Shown here piece after piece: positions 52,401 to 60,150 of a DNA stretch of 64,000 nucleotides (its first letter is position 1; each line of letters starts with the position of its first letter). Source of the DNA: Acidimicrobiales bacterium. GTDB taxonomy: Bacteria > Actinomycetota > Acidimicrobiia > Acidimicrobiales > CADCSY01. The stretch lies in NCBI GenBank assembly GCA_035540955.1, contig DATLFP010000066.1, positions 3,055 through 67,054 of the forward strand, read 5' to 3'. A program made the position numbers and the translations under genes. The notes below the pieces were generated by a model. The model ran no database searches. It saw nothing but the letters and a program-made list of their open reading frames with translations, and had not been told where the DNA came from.

Positions 52401-53741
52401 TTCGCCGCCCTCGATCTGCGGGTGCGGGCCGACGGCCACCACTCCGTCCCGACGCGGCTGCGGGTGACCACCGACGCCGGCGACGACGTCGAGGCCGAGG
52501 TCCCGCCGATCGCGGACGGCGGCGAGCGCGGCCACGTCGCTCGCGTGCCGGTCGTGCTCCCCGAGCGGGTGCGGGGCCAGCGGGTGCAGGTCGAGATCCT
52601 CGACGTCCGGGAGACGCGCACGATCGACTGGTACAGCGAGTCGCCGATCACGATGCCGGTGGGCGTCGTCGAGCTCGGACTGCCGGGCACGAGCATCCCG
52701 CCCGCCGGTGCGCTCGACGTGTGCCGAGACGACCTGCTCACCGTCGACGGCCGGCCGGTGGCGGTCCGCCTGACCGGCGACGTGGGGGCCGCGTCGCGAC
52801 GCCAGCCCGTGCAGGTCTCGCTGTGCGAGGGCAGCCTGCGCCTGCCCGCCGGCGAGCACGAGCTGCGGACGGCTCCCGGCGCGACCACCGGCTACGACCT
52901 CGATCGGCTGGTCCTCACGTCGGGGGTCCGCGGCGAGGCCGTGCCGCCACCGTCGCCGGGATCACCGCCGGCCGCCACCTCCTCGGTGGCGCTGCGGGTG
53001 GTGGACGAGGGGCGGGCGTCGCTCACGGTCGAGGTCGACGGCGACGAGCCCTTCTGGCTGGTGCTCGGCCAGAGCCACTCGTCGGGATGGACGGCGACGA
53101 CCGCGCCCGTCGACGGCGGCCCGACCCGGGACCTCGGCGAGCCCGTGCTCGTCGACGGCTACGCCAACGGGTGGCACGTCACGCCGCAGGGCGGCCCGCA
53201 GCGGGTCACGTTGCGCTTCACCCCCCAGCGCACGGTCACCGCCGCGCTCGTCCTCTCCCTGCTCGGTGCCCTGCTCTGCCTCGTGCTCATCGCCCGCTCC
53301 GGGCGGGGACCGAGGGCGACGGCGCTCGACGCGCCTGTTGACGCCGACGCGCCGTCGTGGGTCTGGCCGTGGCAGCCGGTCGGATCCCGACCGTCGGTGC
53401 GGTGGGTCGCAGGCGTTGCCGTGACCGGCGGCGCCGTCGCCGCCCTGCTCGTGCACCCTGTCACCGGGGTCGGCATCGCCGCCGCCCTCGTGCTCGGGCT
53501 GCTCGGGGCGCGCGGTCCCGGCGTGCTGGCCGGCGCCGCCGTCGCCCTCCTCGGCGGTGCCGCCCTCTTCACCATCGCGAAGCAGCACCGCAACGGCTAC
53601 CCGCCCGACTTCGGGTGGCCCGGCTTCTTCGGCCTCGCCCACCACCTGGCGTGGATCGGGCTGCTCCTCATCGTGGCGTCCGTCGCGGCGGCCGCCGTCC
53701 GCCGGCGTGCAGGAGGGCGAGACCCGCAGCGCACGCCGTGA
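49440..53741 (+). CDS. aftD: AftD-like giant GT-C arabinofuranosyltransferase homologue (DUF3367-type N-terminus, multiple C-terminal carbohydrate-binding-like domains, C-terminal TM helices)
   Basis: The N-terminus VAADTKTYLYLDPGRLLSRAWSMWDPNIGLGTVTHQTIGYLWPMGPWFW matches the conserved AftD (Rv0236c) opening. About 1430 aa. It has DGDLATAWQ and VDRDPRTAWT discoidin-like motifs. The start is either TTG 49440 (TTGA overlap with the ppm1 stop) or GTG 49395. Confidence 0.8.
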   Translation: MSRLRRVTNALPFLLLAGVAYVPLLLTAPGRVAADTKTYLYLDPGRLLSRAWSMWDPNIGLGTVTHQTIGYLWPMGPWFWFWESVGAPDWVAQRLWVGTVMLAAGAGLVYLLRTLGIRSVPALVAAALVYELSPYVLHYAARISVILLPWAALPWLVALVHRALHSRSWRYPAAFALVVATAGGVNATALVLAGLGPLVWLVAAVLIDPDLRWRDAGRVVARFGALTTLCSLWWIAGLWVQGGWGIDILRYTETVETVARTSLSSEVLRGLGYWFFYGGDKLGAWIEPGRSYTQELWLIAAGFAVPLLAFAAAAVTRWRHRGTAVALVLLGTVIAVGAYPYGAPSPAGAAFKALATSSTVGLALRSTPRAIPLVALGLAVLIGAALAARRAAAPAIAVGLVALIGLPPLWTGDFIGENLQRPETIPEHWREAAAVLDGGDHGTRVWEIPGIDFASYRWGNTVDPITPGLIDRPYVARELIPYGTPAAADLLIAADRRIQEMVLDPDGLAAVARLLGVGDIVLRSDLQYERYRTPRPRTLYRDLRPTPVGLEQPRPVGAPVPNEAIDRLALRDEVFLATPADAPHPAPVEIFGVVAPLPIVRARAATAPIVVAGDGEGIVEAAAVGLLGGDSVVLSSAALTDEERRAAMEAGAVLVLTDTNRQRGRRWATLRDNAGYTEPRGETPLRPDPSDNRLPLFPGASDDAFTTVDLRGAAAVRATAYGNPVSFTPEDRPALALDGDLATAWQVGALDGVGGERWRLDVADPVRTSSINVVQALNPHANRWITRLEVRLDGEPVTTVDLDDRSRTSDGQDIDLGGERLVTALELVVRGDNVGKLARYDGFSGVGFAEVRVGGVEVEEVVRLPADLLRDGAAGHPLAIVLARMRSNPIEPTAGDEERAMARVFTLPEARSFRLSGQARVSADQPDDAVDRALGGTAVVRTSSRIGGDLTSRGVHAVDRDPRTAWTTAFGEQRGQWLHADLGAARSFAALDLRVRADGHHSVPTRLRVTTDAGDDVEAEVPPIADGGERGHVARVPVVLPERVRGQRVQVEILDVRETRTIDWYSESPITMPVGVVELGLPGTSIPPAGALDVCRDDLLTVDGRPVAVRLTGDVGAASRRQPVQVSLCEGSLRLPAGEHELRTAPGATTGYDLDRLVLTSGVRGEAVPPPSPGSPPAATSSVALRVVDEGRASLTVEVDGDEPFWLVLGQSHSSGWTATTAPVDGGPTRDLGEPVLVDGYANGWHVTPQGGPQRVTLRFTPQRTVTAALVLSLLGALLCLVLIARSGRGPRATALDAPVDADAPSWVWPWQPVGSRPSVRWVAGVAVTGGAVAALLVHPVTGVGIAAALVLGLLGARGPGVLAGAAVALLGGAALFTIAKQHRNGYPPDFGWPGFFGLAHHLAWIGLLLIVASVAAAAVRRRAGGRDPQRTP

Positions 53742-54828
53742 GCATCGGGGCCAGCGCGTCGGTGCCCCATGCCTGCGCCCCGAGGCCCAGGACCGCCGGG
53801 AACGTGACACCCCCGACCGCCGACGCCGCGATCTGCACGCCCAGGGCACGCGCCGCGCGGTGGACCCCCAGCCGCACCGGGGTCAGGGCCACCAGCACCG
53901 GGAACACCGACGCCAGCGACAGGCCCAGGGGCACCAGCGCGAGGTGGCCGACGCCGGCGGGGTCGCCCCACAGGAGCGCCGTCGAGGCCAACGCCGCCAG
54001 CACGCTGGCGGAGAGCACCGCATCGGGGCTGCGCCGCTCGCCGCTGATGCCGAGCGCGACGCGGCCGGCGGTGAGCGCCAACCAGTAGGCCGCCGTCCAT
54101 GCGCCGGCGGTGGCGGCGCTCAGCCCACGGCTCTCGGTCAGGAGCGTGAAGGCCCACGCGCCGGTCCCCGCCTCGATGCCGACGTAGAGGACGAACAGGG
54201 CGACGGAGACCGCGAGACCCACCCGGTCGAGCGGCTCGGCGTCATCGGGCACGTCGCGCCGACGAGGCACCGCCGGCCAGTCCCGGCGCACACCCACGTA
54301 CGCGAACAGCAGCACCGTCTGGATGACCACGACGGGCACGAACGCCAGCCGCCATGTGCGCCCTCCGGCGACGAACGCCGTGACCACGAGCGGGCCGGCG
54401 GTCGCCCCCAGGCCCCACGCGGCATGCAGGAACCCGATGGCCCGCATGCCGTGGTGCTGGGCGACCTCGTGGTTCAGGGTGACGTCGGCGGCGCCGCCGG
54501 ACACGCCGAGCACGGCGGCACCCACGAGCACGACGGACCAGCCCGGCGCGAGCGCGAAGGTGGCGGTGCCGGCGATCGCCGTGCCGGCGATCGCGAGCAT
54601 CGCCACGCCTGTCCCCACCCGCTCCAGGACCCAGCCCGATGCGAGCGACGTGACGAAGTAGGCGCCGGTGTAGGCGGCGTACACCGCGCCGAGCGCCGCC
54701 AGCGGCTGGTCGAACGTGGCCCGCATCGACGGCCACGCGACGCCGAGGGCCCCGTCGAAGACGCCCACGGCGGCCAGGGCCGCCATCCCCAGCAGCACCC
54801 GACCCCGGGCGCTGCGCAGCACCGGCAC
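53668..54828 (-). CDS. MFS transporter
   Basis: About 12 TM helices, with GAAVLGVSGGAADVTLN and WGLGATAGPLVV type blocks. GTG 54828 lies 12 nt after the upstream stop. The 3' end overlaps the aftD-like 3' end by 74 nt. Confidence 0.75.
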   Translation of the reverse strand: MPVLRSARGRVLLGMAALAAVGVFDGALGVAWPSMRATFDQPLAALGAVYAAYTGAYFVTSLASGWVLERVGTGVAMLAIAGTAIAGTATFALAPGWSVVLVGAAVLGVSGGAADVTLNHEVAQHHGMRAIGFLHAAWGLGATAGPLVVTAFVAGGRTWRLAFVPVVVIQTVLLFAYVGVRRDWPAVPRRRDVPDDAEPLDRVGLAVSVALFVLYVGIEAGTGAWAFTLLTESRGLSAATAGAWTAAYWLALTAGRVALGISGERRSPDAVLSASVLAALASTALLWGDPAGVGHLALVPLGLSLASVFPVLVALTPVRLGVHRAARALGVQIAASAVGGVTFPAVLGLGAQAWGTDALAPMLTACAAGLALLHAGGRRPPRRTPR

Positions 54829-54839
54829 GAACCCGGCCG

Positions 54840-55025
54840 TCAGTCCTTGGTGGCGACCTGGTTGGGCACGACGTTCATCTTCGGCTCGTAGGCGGCGGCC
54901 TCGACGTCGCGCGCCTCGCCCCGCATCGTCGCGACCAGCTCGGCTCGGCACCCCCGACACGGGCCGTAGAACGGCTCCGCCACCGTGGCAGCGCAGCGCG
55001 GGCAGGAGAACTCGAGGGCGTCCAT
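54840..55025 (-). CDS. 61-aa zinc-ribbon protein (CPRC...CRGC)
   Basis: My translation is [61 protein letters not shown]. Its ATG overlaps the galE stop (ATGA at 55023-55027). The rest of the 386-aa ORF 54840..56000 is shadow of galE. Confidence 0.55.
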   Translation of the reverse strand: MDALEFSCPRCAATVAEPFYGPCRGCRAELVATMRGEARDVEAAAYEPKMNVVPNQVATKD

Positions 55026-56074
55026 CAGCCCTTCACCTTGGCACCGCCGCCGCCGCCGGTCGCGTATCCCTCGGGGTTCTCGGACTGCCATCGCCAGTGG
55101 TCGACGACCATCTCGTCGAGGCCCAGGCGTGCCTCCCACCCCAGCACCTCCCGGGCATGGGTCGGGTCGGCCCAGGTCGCGGCGATGTCGCCTGGGCGCC
55201 GGGCCTCGACCTCGTAGGGGATGGGCCGCCCCGCAGCCCGTGACGCCGCCTCGATGACCTCGAGCACCGAGTAGCCGCGCCCGGTGCCGAGGTTCACCGC
55301 CTCGCACCCGTCGATCGTGTCCAGCCGCTCGAGCGCGGCGAGGTGGCCCTCGGCGAGATCGACCACGTGGATGTAGTCGCGCACGCCGGTTCCGTCGGGC
55401 GTGCCGTAGTCGGACCCGAACACCCGGACCTTGTCGCGCCGACCGGCGGCGACCTGCATCACGTTGGGCATGAGGTTGTTCGGGATGCCGGCCGGGTCCT
55501 CGCCGATGCGACCGCTCGGGTGGGCCCCGACCGGGTTGAAGTACCGCAGCAGCGCGATGTGCCAGCCGGCCTCGGCGACCGGCAGGTCGCGCAGCATGTC
55601 CTCGATGTAGAGCTTGCTGCGCCCGTACGGGTTGGTGGTCGGTCCCAGCCGGCAGCCCTCGGTGACCGGGACCCGCTCGGGATCGCCGTACACCGTGCAC
55701 GACGAGGAGAAGACGAGCTTCTGCACGCCGCCGGCGCGCATGACCTTCAGCAACGAGATCGTGGCGGCCACGTTGTTCTCGTGGTAGTCGAGCGGCTTCG
55801 CCACCGACTCCCCGACCGCCTTGAGCCCGGCGAAGTGGACCACGGCATCCAGGTCGTGTTGCGCGAAGACGGCGTCGAGCTCGGGCTCGTCGAGGAGGTC
55901 GACGCGGTGGAACGCGACGTCGCGCCCGGTGAGCTCGGCCACCCGCTCGACCGCCACCGGCGAGCTGTTGGCCAGGTTGTCGACGATCACGACCGACCAC
56001 CCGGCCTCGAGCAGCACGACGGCCGTGTGCGACCCGATGTAGCCGGCGCCGCCGGTCAGGAGCGCGGTGGGCAT
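55025..56074 (-). CDS. galE: UDP-glucose 4-epimerase
   Basis: [25 protein letters not shown]...[10 protein letters not shown]...FSSSCTVYG...[14 protein letters not shown] is canonical GalE. ATG at 56074. Confidence 0.9.
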   Translation of the reverse strand: MPTALLTGGAGYIGSHTAVVLLEAGWSVVIVDNLANSSPVAVERVAELTGRDVAFHRVDLLDEPELDAVFAQHDLDAVVHFAGLKAVGESVAKPLDYHENNVAATISLLKVMRAGGVQKLVFSSSCTVYGDPERVPVTEGCRLGPTTNPYGRSKLYIEDMLRDLPVAEAGWHIALLRYFNPVGAHPSGRIGEDPAGIPNNLMPNVMQVAAGRRDKVRVFGSDYGTPDGTGVRDYIHVVDLAEGHLAALERLDTIDGCEAVNLGTGRGYSVLEVIEAASRAAGRPIPYEVEARRPGDIAATWADPTHAREVLGWEARLGLDEMVVDHWRWQSENPEGYATGGGGGAKVKG

Positions 56075-56081
56075 CGGCCCG

Positions 56082-56492
56082 TCACTCTTCCAGATCCCGC
56101 CGGGCCCGCTTGCGCTCCGACCGGCGCCGCTTCTCCGCGAGGCGCCGTTCGACGGCGGCGCGGCTCGGGCGGGTCGCCCGCCGCGGCGTCGCCACCCGCA
56201 GCCCCTCGGCCAACCGCTCCCGCAGCCGGGACAGGGCGAGGTCGCGGTTGCGGGCCTGTGATCGCTCGTCGCCCGCCACTGCCCGCACCTCGGCACCGAG
56301 CCGGCCGAGGAGCCGCTCGCGCTGGCGGGGACCGAGCGACGGCGAGCCCGCCACGTCGAAGATCACCTCGACCCGCGTGTCAGCAGTGTTGGCGTGCTGA
56401 CCACCCGGACCGCCACTGCGGGAGAAGCGCCAGCGAAGCTCCGACATCGGGATGGCGCACGACTTCGTCACCCGCAGCACGTCCCGGTCCAC
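56082..56492 (-). CDS. arfB: alternative ribosome-rescue factor ArfB (class I release-factor-like peptidyl-tRNA hydrolase)
   Basis: [25 protein letters not shown] has the GGQ motif, and the basic C-terminal tail is [18 protein letters not shown]. About 136 aa from GTG 56492. Confidence 0.8.
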   Translation of the reverse strand: MDRDVLRVTKSCAIPMSELRWRFSRSGGPGGQHANTADTRVEVIFDVAGSPSLGPRQRERLLGRLGAEVRAVAGDERSQARNRDLALSRLRERLAEGLRVATPRRATRPSRAAVERRLAEKRRRSERKRARRDLEE

Positions 56493-56525
56493 AGGACGAC
56501 GGTAACGACGCTCTACCCTCCACCG

Positions 56526-57434
56526 GTGGCTCCTCTGACGCGGCGGGTACCGCTCCGGGCGCCCCTCGTCTCGCTCCTCGGTCGCCTCCAGCGGGGCCGC
56601 GGCGATCCCTGCATGCAGCTGTGGGACCGTGGCTGCTGGCGGGCCGGTCGCACGCCCGACGGTCCCGCCACCACCGCGCTCGTCGACACCGGGGATGGTC
56701 ACCTCGAAGCGACGGCGTGGGGACCGGGGGCGGCATGGTCCATCGAGCACCTGCCCGACCTGCTCGGTGAGCACGACGACACGGTCGATGCCTTCGCGCC
56801 CCCTCCCGGCCTCGTGCGCGACCTGCTCCGCCGGTCGTCGGTGCGCATCGGTCGCAGCCTGGCGGTCGCCGAAGCCGTGTTCCCGACCGTGCTCGAGCAG
56901 CGGGTCACCGGCGCCGGCGCCCGCCGCTCCTACCGGTGGCTCGCCCGTCGCCTCGGCGAGCCGGCGCCCGGCCGCGGGGGCGCGCTCGGGCTCCGCCTGC
57001 CTCCTGCGCCCGAGGTCCTGGCGGCCACGCCCTCCTGGGTGTTCCACCGGGCCGGGGTGGAGCGGGCCCGGGCCGACACGGTCCGCAGCGCCATGCGCCG
57101 GGCCGACCGGCTCGAGGAGGTCGCCGCCATGACGGCCGCCGCCGCGCACCGGCGGCTCACGGCCTTCGCCGGCATCGGGCCCTGGACCGCCAGCGAGGTC
57201 GCCCTCGCGGCCCTCGGCGACCCCGACGCGGTGAGCGTCGGTGACTTCCACCTGAAGCACGTCGTCGCGTTCGCCCTCGCCGGCGAGCCCCGCGGCACCG
57301 ACGAGCGCATGCTCGAGCTCCTCGAGCCCTACCGGGGCCACCGCGCTCGCGCCGTGATGCTGCTCGAGCACGCCGGCATCACGCCACCCCGCTACGGCCC
57401 GCGGATCGAGACCCCCTCCATCGCCCACCTCTGA
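56526..57434 (+). CDS. AlkA-like DNA glycosylase (HhH-GPD superfamily), second copy in the window
   Basis: VFPTVLEQRVTGAGARRSYRWL...AGVERARADTVRSA...LTAFAGIGPWTASEVALAALGDPDAVSVGDFHL. GTG at 56526. Confidence 0.7.
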   Translation: MAPLTRRVPLRAPLVSLLGRLQRGRGDPCMQLWDRGCWRAGRTPDGPATTALVDTGDGHLEATAWGPGAAWSIEHLPDLLGEHDDTVDAFAPPPGLVRDLLRRSSVRIGRSLAVAEAVFPTVLEQRVTGAGARRSYRWLARRLGEPAPGRGGALGLRLPPAPEVLAATPSWVFHRAGVERARADTVRSAMRRADRLEEVAAMTAAAAHRRLTAFAGIGPWTASEVALAALGDPDAVSVGDFHLKHVVAFALAGEPRGTDERMLELLEPYRGHRARAVMLLEHAGITPPRYGPRIETPSIAHL

Positions 57435-57446
57435 CCCACGCCACCT

Positions 57447-58775
57447 TCAGAGCCAGGCGAGCGGGTTGGTGTGGACGCCGTGGACCCGCACCTCGAAGTG
57501 GAGGTGGTCGCCGGTGGCGAAACCGGTGCGGCCGACGGTGCCGACCGCCTGACCCCGGCTGACCGCCTGGCCGCTGGACACCGCCGGCCGGGCCAGGTGC
57601 GAGTACGACGTGCCGACGCCGTCGCCGTGGTCGATCACCACGGTGATCCCGTAGCCGGGCCGCTCCCGGACCTCGACGACGGTGCCCGCCGCCGCGGCCA
57701 ACGCCGTCGATCCGCCGGCGAAGTCGACGCCGGTGTGCACCTGCGGGCGCCCGTAGACGGGATGGGTCCGGCTGCCGTAGCTCGAGGTGACCCGAGCGCC
57801 GGGAAGCGGGTGGGCGAGGGCCCCCCGGCGAGGGCTGGCGCCGGGCTGGCAGCCCTGGCGGATCCGCAGGAGGGAGGTCAGCTGCGCGCTCTCGCGGGCC
57901 ACGGTGTCGAGCGGATCGCGATCAGGGTGGCTGGCCGCCGGGAGCGGCGTGGTGGCGAGCCAGTACCCGCCGCCGGCGCGGGCGGCGACGCCCAGCACCG
58001 CGTCCTTGCACGCGTTGGCCGCCGAACCCCGGAACGGCGCGCCTCCGAAGGTGTGCACGGCCCCGTCGCGCGTCACCAGCCAGTACGCGGTGCTCGACGC
58101 CGCGTCGATGCCGGTCACCGGCTCGTCGAGGCGCTGGCCGGCGAGCGCCCCGCCGAAGACCGCGGCGCCGAAGGTGTACACGCCGCCGACCGCCGTCGCG
58201 AGCCAGTACCCGTCCCCGGCGGAGGTGGCGGCCATCCCCACCACCGGCGACCCGGGCGCGGAACCGGTGAGGTCACCGGCGTGGCGGGCCGACCCGAAGC
58301 CGAAGACCGACCCACCGGCCGTCACCAGCCAGTAGCCGGCGCCGGCCGGCGCGGCCTCGATGTCGACCACCGGATGGGTCAGCCGCCGATCACCGGTGGA
58401 GCCGAGGAACGGCGCATCGCCGAAGGTGAAGACGCCTCCGTCGGCGGCCGCCAGCCAGTACCCCCTTCCCGACGGGGTCGGCGCCATCGCCACGATCGGC
58501 TGGTTGAGCGGGATCGCCCCGAGCGATCCGCTGTAGCGGGCCCCGCCGAAGGAGAACACGCCACCGTCGGACGCCACCGTCCAGTAGCCCGATCCGTCGG
58601 GACTGGCGGCGACGTCGACGACGGGTGCGTTGAGCGCGACCCCGGCGGTCGACCCGTGGTGGGGCGCGCCGTAGGCGAGGATGTCGCCGCCGGCGACCGC
58701 GGCCGCGGCCGGGTCGCCGCCGAGGAGCGCGGACGTGGCGAGGATGAGGGCGAGGAGCGCCCGCCGGATGCGCAT
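57447..58775 (-). CDS. secreted protein: about 6 copies of the GYWL-DGGVFSFG repeat fused to a C-terminal M23 (LytM-type) metallopeptidase domain
   Basis: ATG 58775 gives a signal peptide, MRIRRALLALILATSALLGG. Repeats look like IVAMAPTPSGRGYWLAAADGGVFTFGDAPFLGSTGDRRLTHP. The M23 motifs are HTGVDF (HxxxD) and GDHLHFEV (HxH). Confidence 0.8.
   Translation of the reverse strand: MRIRRALLALILATSALLGGDPAAAAVAGGDILAYGAPHHGSTAGVALNAPVVDVAASPDGSGYWTVASDGGVFSFGGARYSGSLGAIPLNQPIVAMAPTPSGRGYWLAAADGGVFTFGDAPFLGSTGDRRLTHPVVDIEAAPAGAGYWLVTAGGSVFGFGSARHAGDLTGSAPGSPVVGMAATSAGDGYWLATAVGGVYTFGAAVFGGALAGQRLDEPVTGIDAASSTAYWLVTRDGAVHTFGGAPFRGSAANACKDAVLGVAARAGGGYWLATTPLPAASHPDRDPLDTVARESAQLTSLLRIRQGCQPGASPRRGALAHPLPGARVTSSYGSRTHPVYGRPQVHTGVDFAGGSTALAAAAGTVVEVRERPGYGITVVIDHGDGVGTSYSHLARPAVSSGQAVSRGQAVGTVGRTGFATGDHLHFEVRVHGVHTNPLAWL
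57948..58691 (-). repeat. coding tandem repeat (about 126-nt units, about 6 copies), same repeat family as 16685..17350 but on the opposite strand
   Basis: Periodic (S/A)GxGYW(L/T)xxxxGG(V/S)(F/Y/H)xFGxAxxxG in residues about 29-276 of the 57447..58775 product. Confidence 0.7.
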
Positions 58776-58784
58776 CGGTGCATC

Positions 58785-59480
58785 ATGTCGCAGATGTCTC
58801 CCAACCCGGTCCTCCTCGTCCACGGCTTCGCGTCGTCGTTCCACCTGAACTGGCAGGAGCCCGGGCTCTCCTACCTCCTCGAGGACGCCGGTCGCACCGT
58901 CATCGGCGTCGACCTCCTCGGCCACGGCGAGGCGCCGAAGCCGCACGACCCCGCGGCCTACGCCGACCTCGGCGGTCGCGTCGTCGATGCCCTGCCCGCC
59001 GACGGCAGCCCGGTCGACGCGGTCGGGTTCTCGATGGGCGCTCGCACGCTGGTCGAGGTCGCCTCGGCTCACCCAGAGCGCTTCGGTCGCCTGGTGCTGG
59101 CCGGCGTGGGTGAGAACCTCTTCGCCACGGGCGACAAGGAGCCGCTCGCCCACGCCATCGAGACCGGCGACGGCGGTCCCGGCGGGGTCGCCGCCCTGTT
59201 CGTGAGCTTCGCCAGCGGCTCCGGCAACGACCCGAAGGCCCTTGCCGCCTGCATGCGCCGGCCCGAGCCGCCCATCACCGAGGAGCAGCTGGCCCGCATC
59301 ACGTGCCCGACCCTCGTCGTGCTCGGCGACAAGGACTTCGTCGGGACCGGCGACCGCCTCGTGGCCGCCCTGCCCGACGCGCGGCTGAAGGTCCTCCGCA
59401 ACGTGGAGCACTTCGCGACCCCGAAGGACTTCGGCTTCATCGACGCCACCCTCGAGTTCCTCGGCGCCGTACCGGCGTGA
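58785..59480 (+). CDS. alpha/beta hydrolase
   Basis: Only the last 231 codons of ORF 57471..59480 are protein-like: MSQMSPNPVLLVHGFASS..., nucleophile elbow GFSMGA, and a C-terminal VEHFATP histidine region. Confidence 0.8.
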   Translation: MSQMSPNPVLLVHGFASSFHLNWQEPGLSYLLEDAGRTVIGVDLLGHGEAPKPHDPAAYADLGGRVVDALPADGSPVDAVGFSMGARTLVEVASAHPERFGRLVLAGVGENLFATGDKEPLAHAIETGDGGPGGVAALFVSFASGSGNDPKALAACMRRPEPPITEEQLARITCPTLVVLGDKDFVGTGDRLVAALPDARLKVLRNVEHFATPKDFGFIDATLEFLGAVPA

Positions 59481-59481
59481 T

Positions 59482-60150
59482 CTAGCGGGTGAAGCGGGTG
59501 CCGGGCGGATCGACCGCCCACGGCGCCGGGCCCTCCCACCGATCCTCGTAGACCACCTCGCCGAGCGGGCGGCGCCGGACCGGTCCGTGACGGCCCTCCG
59601 GGTGTCCGATCGGGACGGTGGCGGCGATGGCGACGCCCTCGGGGATGCCGAGCACCGTCCGCAGCTCGTCCTCGACGGCACCGTGCCACATCGTGAGCAC
59701 ACCGCCGAGCCCCCGGTGGCGAGCAGCCAGGAGGAGGTTCTGGCACGCGGGATAGACGGACGCCCCCTCGGTCGGATCCGGAGGCCGATAGCGGATCAGG
59801 CACGGGAGGATGACGACCGGGATCTGCTCGAAGCGGTCGACGAACTGCTGCATCGCCCGCCCGGCGCGCCCCGCCGCCGTCGAGGTGTCGGCCTCCGCCA
59901 GCCGTTCGTAGCGGCCGGCGCCCTTCATCGACTCCCAGGTGGACCGGAAGGCGCGGCCGAGGATGGCCTTGGCTTCCGTCGCCACCGGGCCGTCGCGGAG
60001 CACGACGAAGCGGAACGCCTGGCGGTTCGAGCCGTTCGGCGCCCGGCTGGCGGCGAAGAGGATGGCGGCGAGGTCGTCGTCGCTGACCGGTTCGGCGGTG
60101 AAGCGGCGGATCGACCGGGTGGTGCAGATCCCCTCGTAGAGATCGATCAC
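59482..60150 (-). CDS. nitroreductase family protein
   Basis: GTG 60150 gives VIDLYEGICTTRSIRRFTAEPVSDDDLAAILFAASRAPNGSNRQAFRFVVL, the nitroreductase N-terminal signature. It overlaps the upstream stop (GTGA). Confidence 0.8.
   Translation of the reverse strand: MIDLYEGICTTRSIRRFTAEPVSDDDLAAILFAASRAPNGSNRQAFRFVVLRDGPVATEAKAILGRAFRSTWESMKGAGRYERLAEADTSTAAGRAGRAMQQFVDRFEQIPVVILPCLIRYRPPDPTEGASVYPACQNLLLAARHRGLGGVLTMWHGAVEDELRTVLGIPEGVAIAATVPIGHPEGRHGPVRRRPLGEVVYEDRWEGPAPWAVDPPGTRFTR

Noticed and set aside
50232-52859. 875-aa minus-strand ORF, with similar ones at 34835..37546, 20681..22603, 47120..49237 and 31499..33541
   Set aside because: All are antisense to genes with strong homology or TM periodicity, and their translations are dominated by R, G, P, A, D and H runs. 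They are artefacts of GC3-rich coding on the opposite strand.
57471-59480. 669-aa plus ORF as a single large hydrolase
   Set aside because: The first 438 codons are antisense shadow of the repeat-M23 gene and are Gly/Arg/Pro-rich. A clean alpha/beta-hydrolase sequence begins at ATG 58785.
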